The notes: generated by a model from the sequence alone, not told the origin. Counted from the stretch's first letter, positions 37,168 through 47,221 are shown. The stretch: 64,000 nt of DNA from Candidatus Bipolaricaulota bacterium (GCA_030550535.1 JAUQPF010000051.1:2974-66973); one strand, 5' to 3'. Translations and numbers: made by a program.

Positions 37168-37259
37168 CGGAGGGAGCGGGATTCGAACCCGCGGCCAGGG
37201 TTTTAAGCCCCGGCAACGGCTTAGCAAGCCGTCCTCTTCGGCCCCTCGAGCATCCCTCC
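37168..37259 (-). tRNA. tRNA-Ser(GCT), long variable arm, CCA not encoded
   Basis: GGAGGGATG...ACGGC-TTGCTAA-GCCGT...GGTTCGAATCCCGCTCCCTCCG. Confidence 0.93.
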
Positions 37260-37267
37260 CACCCCGC

Positions 37268-37295
37268 ATTCTATGCGCTTGGGCCCGGGAGTCAA
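37268..37295 (-). promoter_or_regulatory. Promoter of the tRNA-Ser/Arg pair
   Basis: TTGACT-N16-TAGAAT. Confidence 0.7.
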
Positions 37296-37317
37296 ACGCT
37301 GAAGGAGCAGGGCGAAG

Positions 37318-37346
37318 TGGACAAGGGGCGGGGAAGCTTGTACAAT
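37318..37346 (+). promoter_or_regulatory. Divergent promoter for the candidate sRNA
   Basis: TGGACA-N17-TACAAT. Confidence 0.65.
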
Positions 37347-37352
37347 ACTCTT

Positions 37353-37436
37353 GCTTCATGGGCCTTTCCGCCTGAGACCCACCCCATTCCACCTCACGCC
37401 TCACCTCCCCCGGGCGGAAAGGCCCCTTTTCTTTTG
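37353..37436 (+). ncRNA. Candidate small RNA: 15-bp stem, 36-nt C-rich loop, U tail
   Basis: GGGCCTTTCCGCCTG pairs with CGGGCGGAAAGGCCC and is followed by CTTTTCTTTT; the loop contains anti-SD CACCTCC. Confidence 0.55.
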
Positions 37437-38218
37437 TTCGGCATCGCGGGGCATCCCACCCAAGCCTCCTTGAACTTTTGGTTCGCCAACTGCCCGCTGT
37501 CCAACCTCAGAATCACAAGACAAAGCGTTGGCCAGCAGAGCCAGCGGGAACGGCGAAGGAACCCTGTGCGGCGACGGCCCCATCCTGGGCCTTAACCCGG
37601 CGGAAGGGCTCTGGCCTTGATGTTCACAGGGTTCGCAGGGGTTCCCTTTATTTCTCCGTAGACGGGCTCGAGGGGCAGGGGAATACCCACCGTTTCCTCT
37701 TCCCAGGTGGTTCCCGGGAGGTTTTGGACGGCGCGGATGGGGGCTAGGGGATCAGCGGACCTTGGGCCCTAAAACCTCACGATGTCCTTCACCCCGCCCT
37801 CCAGCGCCGCGGCCCTGGGATGGCTTGGTCCAAGCCAGAGCACGAAAGGGCGCCGTTAAGAGGGGCACAGGGGAAGGGGACACTCGGCCTCTTTGGGGCG
37901 TTCAGGGAGGATCTTGTCGGGGAAGAGAGGGTTCGGAAGGGCGCGCCGCGTACATCCATCCTCATGGCCTTGCCTACCTCAAAAACGGCAACGCTGATGA
38001 AAATCCTCGCGTTTTCCTACCGAGGCGATGCGTGCCACAGGTTAGCTCACTCTTTGGGGACCACTTCGAACAGGCCTACCACCCCAAGGTGGTCGGAAAC
38101 GGTGCAGCTTGTGATGTTACCCCAACGGTAGGGCGGAACCCTGGGATTTTCGGGTTACGCGCCACGGAAAGGAGCGCAAGCTGAAGGGGCTGCAAGCCCG
38201 GGTTTCCACGAGGAACGA

Positions 38219-38247
38219 TTGACAGGCGAGCGGACTTTGGGTATGAC
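38219..38247 (+). promoter_or_regulatory. Promoter for leaderless nadE
   Basis: TTGACA-N17-TATGAC, GTG start 6 nt later, no SD. Confidence 0.55.
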
Positions 38248-38253
38248 CATCTC

Positions 38254-39888
38254 GTGAAGATCGCAATTGGCCAGATCAACCCTAAAGTCGGCGATTTTTC
38301 GGAGAACCTCGGGAAGATTCGGGAGAGCGTGGCTTGGGCTCAGGAAGCGGGCGCGGATTTGGTGGTGTTCCCCGAGCTCGCCCTTCTGGGATATCCGCCG
38401 AGGGATCTTCTTTTGCGCCGAGGCTTTGTGGAGGCAGCGGAAGCCGCGTTTCAGGAGGTTTTAAAGGAGAGCACGAAGATGCCCATCGTGATCGGCCACA
38501 TTCAACCGGCTTCCCCCCAGCCAACCAACCGCGCCGATCCCTCCGCGAATTCTTGGCACCCCTACTTCCTCCACAACGCCGTTTTCCTTTTGGATGGTGG
38601 GGAAATCCTGGGCTTCCAGGCCAAGGTGCGTCTCCCTTCCTTCGACGTTTTCGAGGAAGAGCGCTATTTCGTTCCGGGAAAGCAATGCGAGGTGTTGAGT
38701 TGGCGGGGGCTGCGCTTGGGCCTCTCAGTCTGCGAGGATTTTTGGTACGAGGATGGCGTTCTTGCAGCCCAAAGCCAGGCCGGCGTCGACCTTCTTCTCA
38801 ACGTCTCCGCTTCCCCCTATTTCCGGGGCAAACCCTCCGTGCGGTGGCGGTTGGGACAGGCCTGGGCGGCCCAGGCCGGTGTTCCCCTCGTGTACGCGAA
38901 CTTGGTGGGTGCTCAAGACGAGCTCGTCTTTGATGGGCGTTCGTTCGTTGTGCGTCCGGATGGCGCTTTTCTTCTGGACTGTCCGGCGTTTCGGGAGGGG
39001 GTGTTCCTCGCGGATTTGGCAGGCGCGCCTTGCGCCACTCCCCGCGAGGCGGGGATTGCGGACGTGCACCGGGCCCTTGTCCTCGGGATCCGGGATTATT
39101 GTCAAAAGAACGGGATCCCCCGCGTCGTGATCGGGATTTCGGGAGGGGTGGATTCGGCGGTAGTGGCGGCGCTGGCTGTGGAGGCCTTGGGCAAGGAGAG
39201 CGTGATCGGGGCCTTCCTTCCCGGGCCGTACACGAGCGCGGTCTCTCGGGAATGCGCCCAGGCTTTAGCAGAGAACTTGGGCATCAAGCTTTTGGTCCTC
39301 TCCATCAACGCCGCGTTTGAGGAGGCCAAAAGAGCTTTGGGGGCGGCCATCCCCGTGGAGGGCGTGGTGGCGGAGAACCTCCAGGCTCGCCTGCGTGGCC
39401 TCTTCCTCATGGCCCTGGCCAACGCCCTTGGAGCCATCGTCCTTTGCCCGGGGAACAAGGCGGAGATCGCCATGGGCTACAACACGCTCTATGGGGATAC
39501 AGTGGGCGCGTTGGCCCCCATCGGCGACCTCCTCAAACACGAGGTGTACGAGCTCGCGCGTTTTCTGAACGAAAAAGCCGGCCATGCCCTTATCCCTGAA
39601 GAGATCCTGAGGCGTCCACCGTCCGCGGAGCTTCGCCCGGACCAGAAGGACGAGGATGATCTTCCGCCTTATTCCATTCTGGATCCCTTGCTTAAGGCCC
39701 TCGTGGAGGCGAACGCCTCGCCTGAGGAGCTGGCCCAGCGTTTCGAAGCGGCTTTGGTGCGAGAGGTTTTGCGACGCCTCCGCCGTGCCGAATACAAACG
39801 TCGTCAGCTTCCGCTGGTGCTCAAGGTAAGCCCCAAGGCGTTCGGACTGGGCTGGCGTTTCCCCGTGACCTCGGGTTTCCTAGACTAG
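38254..39888 (+). CDS. nadE: Glutamine-dependent NAD+ synthetase
   Basis: Nitrilase domain (FPEL, SVCEDFW) plus SGGVDSA, ENLQARLRG, PPSAELRPDQKDED. Confidence 0.96.
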   Translation: MKIAIGQINPKVGDFSENLGKIRESVAWAQEAGADLVVFPELALLGYPPRDLLLRRGFVEAAEAAFQEVLKESTKMPIVIGHIQPASPQPTNRADPSANSWHPYFLHNAVFLLDGGEILGFQAKVRLPSFDVFEEERYFVPGKQCEVLSWRGLRLGLSVCEDFWYEDGVLAAQSQAGVDLLLNVSASPYFRGKPSVRWRLGQAWAAQAGVPLVYANLVGAQDELVFDGRSFVVRPDGAFLLDCPAFREGVFLADLAGAPCATPREAGIADVHRALVLGIRDYCQKNGIPRVVIGISGGVDSAVVAALAVEALGKESVIGAFLPGPYTSAVSRECAQALAENLGIKLLVLSINAAFEEAKRALGAAIPVEGVVAENLQARLRGLFLMALANALGAIVLCPGNKAEIAMGYNTLYGDTVGALAPIGDLLKHEVYELARFLNEKAGHALIPEEILRRPPSAELRPDQKDEDDLPPYSILDPLLKALVEANASPEELAQRFEAALVREVLRRLRRAEYKRRQLPLVLKVSPKAFGLGWRFPVTSGFLD

Positions 39889-40944
39889 CCCTTCCGACTT
39901 CGTGCGGCGGATGAACGCGGGGATGTCGTAGTCGTCGCGGATGATGCCCTCTTGCTGGAGCTTGGTAAGGAGGGCCGTGCGCTCCTCCACCTCCGGCTCG
40001 CTTGGGGCCACGGGGGAAAAGCCGGTGGCGATCACGGTAACACGGGTGCGGCCGAACCCCTCCCAGATGGTGGCGCCGAAGAAGATGTCCGCCCGCTCCG
40101 AGAGGGCCTCGCGCACGACGCTCGCCGCGGCCACCACCTCCTCCAGGGTGAGGTCCTCCCCGCCGGTGATGTTGAGGATCGCTTTCTTGGCGTCCTTGAT
40201 GCTGAAGTCCAAAAGAGGGGAGGCGATGGCCCGACGGGCGGCTTCCCGGGTGCGGTTCTCGCCCTCGGCCTCGCCGATTCCCATGAGGGCCGTGCCCGCT
40301 CCGCGCAGGACCGCCTCCAAATCCGCGAAATCCAGGTTGATAAGGCCCGGCACGGTCACGAGCTCCGTCACCCCTTGAACCCCTTGATGCAAAACCTCGT
40401 CCGCAAGTTCGAAGGCCTTGGTGATGGGCATGTCGGGTGGGGCGATCTTGAGGAGCTTGTCGTTGGAGATGGTGATGAGGGCGTCCACCACTTTGGCCAG
40501 GCGCTGGATGCCCATTTCGGCCTTTTGGGCCCGGGCCGGGCCCTCGAAGGAGAAGGGGCGCGTGACGATGGCCACAGTGAGGATCCCCAATTCCTTGGCG
40601 ATCTCAGCGACCACGGGAGCCCCGCCGGTTCCGGTGCCCCCGCCCATGCCCGCGGTGATGAACACCAAATCCGCGCCTTCAAGCACGTCGGCGATGTCCT
40701 CGCGGGACTCCTCGGCGGCCTTGCGGCCCACCTCGGGATCGCCGCCGGCGCCCAAGCCGCCTGTGAGGCGCGGCCCAAGCTGCACGTGTTTGTGGGCCTG
40801 CACAAGGGAGAGCACCTGCACATCGGTGTTCATGGCCACGAGCTCCACGCCGCGCAGGCCCGCACGGAACATGCGGTTGACGGCGTTCCCACCGCCCCCG
40901 CCTACCCCCACCACGAGGATGCGCGCCGGAGATTCGCCGTTCAT
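39880..40944 (-). CDS. ftsZ: Cell division protein FtsZ
   Basis: GVGGGGGNAV, GMGGGTGTG, INLDFAD, DIPAFIRR. Confidence 0.98.
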   Translation of the reverse strand: MNGESPARILVVGVGGGGGNAVNRMFRAGLRGVELVAMNTDVQVLSLVQAHKHVQLGPRLTGGLGAGGDPEVGRKAAEESREDIADVLEGADLVFITAGMGGGTGTGGAPVVAEIAKELGILTVAIVTRPFSFEGPARAQKAEMGIQRLAKVVDALITISNDKLLKIAPPDMPITKAFELADEVLHQGVQGVTELVTVPGLINLDFADLEAVLRGAGTALMGIGEAEGENRTREAARRAIASPLLDFSIKDAKKAILNITGGEDLTLEEVVAAASVVREALSERADIFFGATIWEGFGRTRVTVIATGFSPVAPSEPEVEERTALLTKLQQEGIIRDDYDIPAFIRRTKSEGLV

Positions 40945-42179
40945 GCGCCGCCCCGCAAAAACTGTCGGAACCACCCAAAGAGGCGGGAGAGCATGCCCTT
41001 GGAACGCCGGGCCTGAAGGGTGCGGGCGAAGTCCCGGCCCTCCACGGCGAACTTCAACAGGCCCACGCCGGTGGCGAAGATGGGGGACTCCACGATCTCT
41101 TGGAACCCATGAACGTTCTTGGGGACGCTTCCGCGCCGCACGGTGATGCCGTAGCGGCGCTGGGCGAACTCCACGATGCCATGGAGGAGGGAAGTCCCGC
41201 CGGTGAGAACCATTCCGGCCGGGATGAGGTCGCGGTAACCCGCCTCCTCCACCTCCTGCATGGCCAAGTCCAAAATCTCCTCCACGCGCGGCTCGATGAT
41301 CTTCGCGAGCTTCTTACGGGAGACCTGACGCGTGCCTTCCCCGCCCAAGGTGGCCACCTCGATTTTCTCGTCGTCGCCCACGGCGTCCACAAGACATGTG
41401 CCATAAAGCTTTTTGATGCGCTCGGCCTCCTCAATGGGGGTCTGCAAGCCCACGGTGATGTCGTTGGTGATGTGCTCCCCTGCAATGGGGATGGTCTTGG
41501 AGAACCAAATATCGCCCCCGCGAAAGACGGAGATATCGGTGGTGCCTCCTCCGCAGTCCACAAGCATCACCCCGAGCTCCTTCTCCGCGGAGGAGAGGAC
41601 GGCCATGGCCGAGGCCAGGGGCTCCAGCACGATCTGTTTCACGCCAATCCCCACGGCCTCCACGCAGCGCACGAGGTTGTGCACGGCGGTGACTGAGCCC
41701 AAAACGATGTGCACGTCGGCCTCCAGGCGCGTGCCCGTCATGCCCACCGGATCGGTGATCCCCTCTTGGCCGTCCACGATGTACTGGCGGGGGATGATGT
41801 GGATGATCTGAAGGTCCGGGGAGATGGGGATGGCGCGTGCGGCCTCGATCACGCGCCGCACGTCCTCCTGGGTGATGATGCGGTCGGAGCGGGCGATGGA
41901 GATGACGGCGCTGTTGTTGATGGAGCGGATGTGCTTTCCGGCGATGCCCACGTAGGCCTCCCGGACCTTCACATCCGCCATGTTCTCCGCTTCCTCCACG
42001 GCTTTGCGGATGGACTGGATCGTTCGGCCGATGTCCACCACCACGCCCTTCTCCAGGCCACGGGAGGGAGCCACCCCCACCCCGATGATCTCGATGAAAT
42101 CGTCCACCACGTTGGCAATAAGACACGCGACCTTCGTCGTGCCCACGTCCAGCCCCACCACCAACCGCTCCCGCTTCAT
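40941..42179 (-). CDS. ftsA: Cell division protein FtsA
   Basis: GLDVGTTK, DCGGGTTD, VLTGGTS, C-terminal amphipathic helix. Confidence 0.97.
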   Translation of the reverse strand: MKRERLVVGLDVGTTKVACLIANVVDDFIEIIGVGVAPSRGLEKGVVVDIGRTIQSIRKAVEEAENMADVKVREAYVGIAGKHIRSINNSAVISIARSDRIITQEDVRRVIEAARAIPISPDLQIIHIIPRQYIVDGQEGITDPVGMTGTRLEADVHIVLGSVTAVHNLVRCVEAVGIGVKQIVLEPLASAMAVLSSAEKELGVMLVDCGGGTTDISVFRGGDIWFSKTIPIAGEHITNDITVGLQTPIEEAERIKKLYGTCLVDAVGDDEKIEVATLGGEGTRQVSRKKLAKIIEPRVEEILDLAMQEVEEAGYRDLIPAGMVLTGGTSLLHGIVEFAQRRYGITVRRGSVPKNVHGFQEIVESPIFATGVGLLKFAVEGRDFARTLQARRSKGMLSRLFGWFRQFLRGGA

Positions 42180-42183
42180 GCCA

Positions 42184-42849
42184 TCACCGTCCCTTAGCCC
42201 GCTTGAGCACCACTATGTCGCGAAAACGCAAATCCACAAGGGCTTGCCCCTCCAATAACCCCTCCCGCCAAAGCGCCGAGAGGATACCGAGTTTTTCGGG
42301 AACCTGGCAAATCGCACCGAGGAGAAGGACCGGAGGGCCGGGGGCCACGGCCTCCTGGCCCGTGAGGTCCAACACAGGAAAGCGCTCGGCCAAGGCCCTG
42401 GGAAGCCGCTCCCAGGCCAAGGCCGTCTCCACGAGCTCCGGGGCCACCCGCCCCGGCGCCACCGCTTTCGCGCGCACGCGCGCGCCCGCCGCCGGCTCCA
42501 GGATCACCCCCTCCCGGTCCACCCAGAAGCTCCCCTGCCCGACGATCTCTAAAGCCACAAGGGGCGAACGCTCCCGAATTTCGATTTCCAGGCGCAAACG
42601 AAAAAAGTTTAGGCGCGCTTGCGCGCCCAGAACCCGAGAATCCCGAGCGAGTTCCGTCCATAAAGGCCTCAGATCCAACCGAAGTATATTGGCGCCCAAA
42701 AAGCGGCCTGTCAACTTTTCCACGGCCACGTAGCGCGCGGGATTCACCCGCACCTCCCGAACGCGTAGCCACCCTCCCCACCGGAAGGCCGTTCCGGCAA
42801 GGAGCAGGACAAGGAGGACTAAAACGAGGAGGCGAAGGAATTTGATCAC
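42184..42849 (-). CDS. ftsQ: FtsQ/DivIB-like protein (divergent)
   Basis: N-terminal TM helix, POTRA-like region, EIRERSP, VDREG, VDLRF; lies between murB and ftsA. Confidence 0.75.
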   Translation of the reverse strand: MIKFLRLLVLVLLVLLLAGTAFRWGGWLRVREVRVNPARYVAVEKLTGRFLGANILRLDLRPLWTELARDSRVLGAQARLNFFRLRLEIEIRERSPLVALEIVGQGSFWVDREGVILEPAAGARVRAKAVAPGRVAPELVETALAWERLPRALAERFPVLDLTGQEAVAPGPPVLLLGAICQVPEKLGILSALWREGLLEGQALVDLRFRDIVVLKRAKGR

Positions 42850-43730
42850 GCGGGTACGACTTCGAGCTCCAGCTCCAGCCTCACCCGGAAAAGCTTTTCC
42901 ACGCGCTCTTGGGCAAGGGCGACGAGAGCGAGCACCTCCGTGGCCCTGGCCTGGCCGAGGTTCACGATGAAGTTCGCGTGCTTTGGGGAGATCTGGGCGT
43001 CGCCGATGCGCAGGCCCTTGAGGCCGGCCTGGTCAATGAGCCAGCCCGCGGAGAGGTTGGGAGGGTTGCGGAAAACGCAGCCGGCCGAAGGAAGGCCCAA
43101 AGGCTGCGTGCGCCGCCGCTCCGCCAGGAGCTCCTCCACCGCGCGCTTCTCCTTGGGCTTGCGCAGTTCCACGCCCAAAACGGGAAGCCGCTGCAGGCGA
43201 AAGAGGGAGGTGCGGTAGCCGAACCCGCACTCCTCCTTGGGAACGAGCCGAACGTTTCCGTCCGGAAGCAGGGTCTGCACGGCCACGACATAGGAGGAGA
43301 TGGAGCCATGCTTGGTCCCGGCGTTCATCACCACCGCCCCTCCGGCGGTGCCGGGGATGCCCGCGAGCTCCCACAGGCCCTGGCGCACCAGGCCCGCAAG
43401 GGGGTAGCCGGGCTCCACCCAAAGCGTCTCGCCTCGGTCCTCCACGTGCCGCAAAAGGCCCGTGTGCAGGATCACACCGGGGAAGCCCTCGTCGGCGAAG
43501 AGGAGCTTGGCCCCGCCCCCGATGACGCGGTGGGGCACGCCCTCGCCGCGCAGGCGGCGCACGGCCTCCACCAGGGCCTCCACGGTGGTCGGCCAGTACA
43601 TGACCCAGGCCGGGCCGCCGATGCGAAAAGTGGTGTGGGAGCTCAAGGGTTCGCCCACCCGCCGCGGCCCCGGCAAATCCGCTAGGAGCCGGAGGAGAGG
43701 GAGCGCGCCATCTCGCGGCTGAGCTTCCAT
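42846..43730 (-). CDS. murB: UDP-N-acetylmuramate dehydrogenase (start uncertain)
   Basis: HTTFRIGGPA, GIPGTAGGAVVMNAG, FGYRTS, SAGCVFRNP, KHANFIVN. Confidence 0.95.
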   Translation of the reverse strand: MEAQPRDGALPLLRLLADLPGPRRVGEPLSSHTTFRIGGPAWVMYWPTTVEALVEAVRRLRGEGVPHRVIGGGAKLLFADEGFPGVILHTGLLRHVEDRGETLWVEPGYPLAGLVRQGLWELAGIPGTAGGAVVMNAGTKHGSISSYVVAVQTLLPDGNVRLVPKEECGFGYRTSLFRLQRLPVLGVELRKPKEKRAVEELLAERRRTQPLGLPSAGCVFRNPPNLSAGWLIDQAGLKGLRIGDAQISPKHANFIVNLGQARATEVLALVALAQERVEKLFRVRLELELEVVPA

Positions 43731-45037
43731 ATGTCCCCCGCACCGAAACCGACCACGATGTCGCCCGGCCGGATGAGCTCGGCCGCGGCGTCCATGGCCT
43801 GGAGGAGCTCGGGACGGAACAAGGCCCGGCCGCCGCACCGCAGCACGGCCTCGGCCACCTGGCGGCCACTCACCCCAGGAATGGGCGGCTCAAACGCGGG
43901 GTAGATCTCGGTGACCACCACCCAATCCGCCCGGGCGAGGACCGCGCCGAAGGCTTCCGCCAAAAGGGCGGTGCGCGTGAACCGGTGGGGCTGGAACACG
44001 GCGACGATGCGCCGGCCCGGCCAGCCCCCCCGCAGGGCGGAAAGCCCCGCCGCGAGCTCTGTGGGATGGTGGGCGTAGTCGTCCACCACGAGGTAGCCGT
44101 TCTCCTCGAGGATCTCCAGCCGGCGCTTGGGGCGGGGCGCGGAGGCCAGGTTCGCCACCATTTCCGAAAGGCCGAGGCCGAGGACGTGTCCGGCGGCCAG
44201 GGCGGCCAAGGCGTTGCGCACGTTGTGCACCCCTGGCCCGGGCACCTCCACCACGCCCCGGCTCCGGCCGAAGGCGTGCAGCTCGAAAAACGCCCGTTCC
44301 CCCTGGAACCGCAAACCTCGCGCTTGGAAGTGCGTTCCCCGTGTCAGGCCGAAGGTGAGGCAATCCCGGGCTTCCCGGGCGAGGGCCAGGGCCACGGGGT
44401 CGTCCCCGGCCACCACTGCCTTCTCCGCGCGGGCCAGGAACAGGGAGAAAGCCCTCTTCAGGCCGGAAAAACCGTGGTACGTGCCCAGGTGGTCCGTGTC
44501 CACCGAGGTGAGGACCGCGAGCTTGGGCTGAAGATGGACGAAACGGCCGTCCGACTCGTCGATTTCGGCCACAAAGAGGCGCTCGTGGCCCCAGGACGCG
44601 CAAGGAAGCCCAGGCACCTGCCCGCCGATGTAGTGCCCGGGCATCAGGCCGCCCGCGCGCAGCAGGTGGGTGATCCAGGTGGTGGTGGTGGTTTTTCCGT
44701 GCGTACCCGCCACGGCCACCAGATCCCGCCCCTCCCAAAGGTGGCGAAGGGCATAGAGGCGAGGAAGCACGAGAACGCCGCTTTTGACCGCACAAAGCTC
44801 GGGGTTATCCGGCTTCACCGCGGAGGAGAAGACCAGGGCATCCAAGCCCTCGGGCAGGTTTTCGGGAGCGTGACCCACCGCCACTTCCGCCCACTCCGCC
44901 ACCTCCCAGAGCTTGGGCGAGGCGCAGAGGTCGGAGCCGGAGACCTTGGCCCCGCCCTGCCAGAGGAGGCGGGCCAAGCCCGCCATGCCATCCCCTGCGA
45001 TCCCCACCAGGTGGACCCGCCGAAAATCCGTGCTCAT
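43682..45037 (-). CDS. murC: UDP-N-acetylmuramate--L-alanine ligase
   Basis: GIAGDGM, GTHGKTTTT, EIDESD, DDYAHHPTE, FQPHRFTR. Confidence 0.96.
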   Translation of the reverse strand: MSTDFRRVHLVGIAGDGMAGLARLLWQGGAKVSGSDLCASPKLWEVAEWAEVAVGHAPENLPEGLDALVFSSAVKPDNPELCAVKSGVLVLPRLYALRHLWEGRDLVAVAGTHGKTTTTTWITHLLRAGGLMPGHYIGGQVPGLPCASWGHERLFVAEIDESDGRFVHLQPKLAVLTSVDTDHLGTYHGFSGLKRAFSLFLARAEKAVVAGDDPVALALAREARDCLTFGLTRGTHFQARGLRFQGERAFFELHAFGRSRGVVEVPGPGVHNVRNALAALAAGHVLGLGLSEMVANLASAPRPKRRLEILEENGYLVVDDYAHHPTELAAGLSALRGGWPGRRIVAVFQPHRFTRTALLAEAFGAVLARADWVVVTEIYPAFEPPIPGVSGRQVAEAVLRCGGRALFRPELLQAMDAAAELIRPGDIVVGFGAGDIWKLSREMARSLSSGS

Positions 45038-46110
45038 AGGCCTTCCTTCCTTTGCCCCAATTCCCGAAGGGTCTGGGCCACGGCGCGGGCGGCCTCCGGC
45101 CGGGCCTGGGCCCGGGCTGCCGCGGCCATGCGCTCCAAGGCGGCCCCGTCGGCCCAAAGCTCCCCCACAAGGGGCGCAAGCCGCGCGGGCAACTCCTTTT
45201 CGCGCACCAAAACGGCGGCCCCGCAAGCGGCGAAATACGCGGCATTGCGGGCCTGGTGCCCATCGGCCGCGCCCTCCCAGGGGACGAGGAGGGCCGGGCG
45301 CCCCGCGCAGGCGAGCTCCGCCAAGGTGGAGGCACCGGCCCGGGCCAGCACCAGCCGCGCCCGACCCAGGAGCCCGTCCATCCTCTCCGTGAAGGCCAGG
45401 GCTTGGGCTTCCACGCCCGCGCGGCGCAAGGCCTCCTCCACGCCCTTCGGATCCCCGGCCCTTCCCACCACCACCCGCAGGCGCAGGCCGGGGATGCGCG
45501 CAAGCTCGGGCGCGGCCTGGATCACGGCCTCCACGAGCCGCCGCGACCCCAGCGACCCCCCGAGGACGAGGAGCTCCTCCCCCAATTCCCTGGGCACTGT
45601 GGTGATCTCCCGGCGCACGGGGTTCCCGGTGACCCGCGTTCTCGCCCCCCTGGGGCAGCCCGAGGTTTGGGGGAACGTGAGGAGAACGGCGTCGGCCAGA
45701 CGGGCCAGGAGGCGGTTGGCGAGGCCCATTTTGGCGTTCTGCTCGTGGATGGCCACCGGGATCCCTAGGAGCTTGGCGGCCAGGGCCGGAGCCACCGCGG
45801 GATAGCCGCCCATGGCCAGGAGCACGTGGGGCCGGAAGGCCGCAAGGAGGCGGCGCGCTCGGACCAGGGCGTGGGCATCGTGGGCGAGGGCCGCGGGCCA
45901 CCGCCACGGTTCTCCCCGGGGAAGGCCCCGGCTGGGGATGGGGAAAAACGTGATCCACGGCCGTTTCTCCAGGACTTTTTGTTCGAGCCCATCGGGTTTC
46001 CCGATCCAGCCGGCCGCGGAAAGCCCCTCTTGGGCGCGCAGCTCCTCCAGGACGGCGAGGGCCGGGAACACATGGCCGCCGGAGCCGCCCGCTGCCACCA
46101 TCACCCGCAT
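45034..46110 (-). CDS. murG: MurG glycosyltransferase
   Basis: GGSGGHVFP, HEQN, GNPVR, GGSLGS, RAGAST, HQARNA. Confidence 0.96.
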   Translation of the reverse strand: MRVMVAAGGSGGHVFPALAVLEELRAQEGLSAAGWIGKPDGLEQKVLEKRPWITFFPIPSRGLPRGEPWRWPAALAHDAHALVRARRLLAAFRPHVLLAMGGYPAVAPALAAKLLGIPVAIHEQNAKMGLANRLLARLADAVLLTFPQTSGCPRGARTRVTGNPVRREITTVPRELGEELLVLGGSLGSRRLVEAVIQAAPELARIPGLRLRVVVGRAGDPKGVEEALRRAGVEAQALAFTERMDGLLGRARLVLARAGASTLAELACAGRPALLVPWEGAADGHQARNAAYFAACGAAVLVREKELPARLAPLVGELWADGAALERMAAAARAQARPEAARAVAQTLRELGQRKEGL

Positions 46111-46114
46111 CGTC

Positions 46115-47221
46115 CTAGACCTCCGGCATCACCCATACCCCCGGGGAAACGCGCGCCGCGCGGGCCACGCCCAGGATCAGCCCGACCAGGCCCAGGCTCA
46201 CCACCACGGAGGTGCCCCCGTAGCTGAGGAAGGGCAGGGTCAGGCCGGTCACAGGAAGGACCCCGACCACCACCCCCAGGTTCAGCACCGTCTGGAGCCC
46301 CAAAAGGAAGGAGGCACCCATGGCGTAGAGGGCACCCAGTTTGTCCGGCGCGCGCCGTGCGGTCTGAAAGCCGAAGACCACGAGCGCCGCGTAGAGGGCC
46401 ATGAGCAAGGAGACGCCCAAAAAACCGATCTCCTCGGCCACCACAGCGAACACAAAGTCGTTGTGGGCCGAAGGAAGATAAAAGAGCTTGGCCCGCGAGG
46501 CCCCTAACCCCCGGCCCAGGATCCCGCCCGAGCCGATGGCGATCACCGCCTGGTAGAGCTGGTAGGCCAGGGTGTGGCGGTAGGCCTCGGGGTTGAGGAA
46601 CGCCAGGAATCGCTCCAGGCGGTAGCGGGCGGAGAGGAGGAGGACGGCGCCCAAAGGGAGGCTAGCCAGGCCGGTGAGGAGGAGGTGACGGGCGGGCACC
46701 CCCCCTGCCCAAAGGAGGAACACCGTGAGGCACGCGTACACCGCGAGCATGCCGAAATCCGGCTGCAGAAGAAGGATCACAGCGAAAAGCCCGAGCACGA
46801 AGAGGTGCGGAAGGAGCCCGTGTTTCGGGAGGTGGAGGAGTCCCTCCCGGCGCAGGAGGGATCCGGAGAGGTAAAGGAGAAGGGCGATTTTCCCAAGCTC
46901 CGAGGGCTGGAAGACGAGGGGGCCGCGGCCGAGCCAGCGGGCGCCCGCGCTTAAAGGGGGGACGAGGGTCAAGGCGGTGAGGAGCCAGGCGCCCCCAAGG
47001 AGGATGTCGTCCACCTCGGCCCAGCGGTGGTAGTCCACGCGCCAAAAGAGGAGGAGGGCGAGGAGGCCCAAGCCTACGGCCACCGCTTGCCGCCGGAGCA
47101 TGGCCCAGGGATCGCCATAAAGCCGGGCGGAGACGGGGGCGGAGGCCGTGCTCACAAACAGGAGCCCCGCCAGGACAAGGAAGGCGGCCACCACCAAGAC
47201 CCTCTCCTCCAGGCCGAGCAT
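46115..47221 (-). CDS. ftsW: Peptidoglycan polymerase FtsW (SEDS family)
   Basis: QPSELGK, QPDFG, GSGG, LPSAHNDF, LPFLSYGG. Confidence 0.95.
   Translation of the reverse strand: MLGLEERVLVVAAFLVLAGLLFVSTASAPVSARLYGDPWAMLRRQAVAVGLGLLALLLFWRVDYHRWAEVDDILLGGAWLLTALTLVPPLSAGARWLGRGPLVFQPSELGKIALLLYLSGSLLRREGLLHLPKHGLLPHLFVLGLFAVILLLQPDFGMLAVYACLTVFLLWAGGVPARHLLLTGLASLPLGAVLLLSARYRLERFLAFLNPEAYRHTLAYQLYQAVIAIGSGGILGRGLGASRAKLFYLPSAHNDFVFAVVAEEIGFLGVSLLMALYAALVVFGFQTARRAPDKLGALYAMGASFLLGLQTVLNLGVVVGVLPVTGLTLPFLSYGGTSVVVSLGLVGLILGVARAARVSPGVWVMPEV

Noticed and set aside
37762..38184. ORFs 37762-38184 and 37820-38131, with a faint Cas1-like EGRAA
   Set aside because: No RBS and no further motifs; likely spurious.
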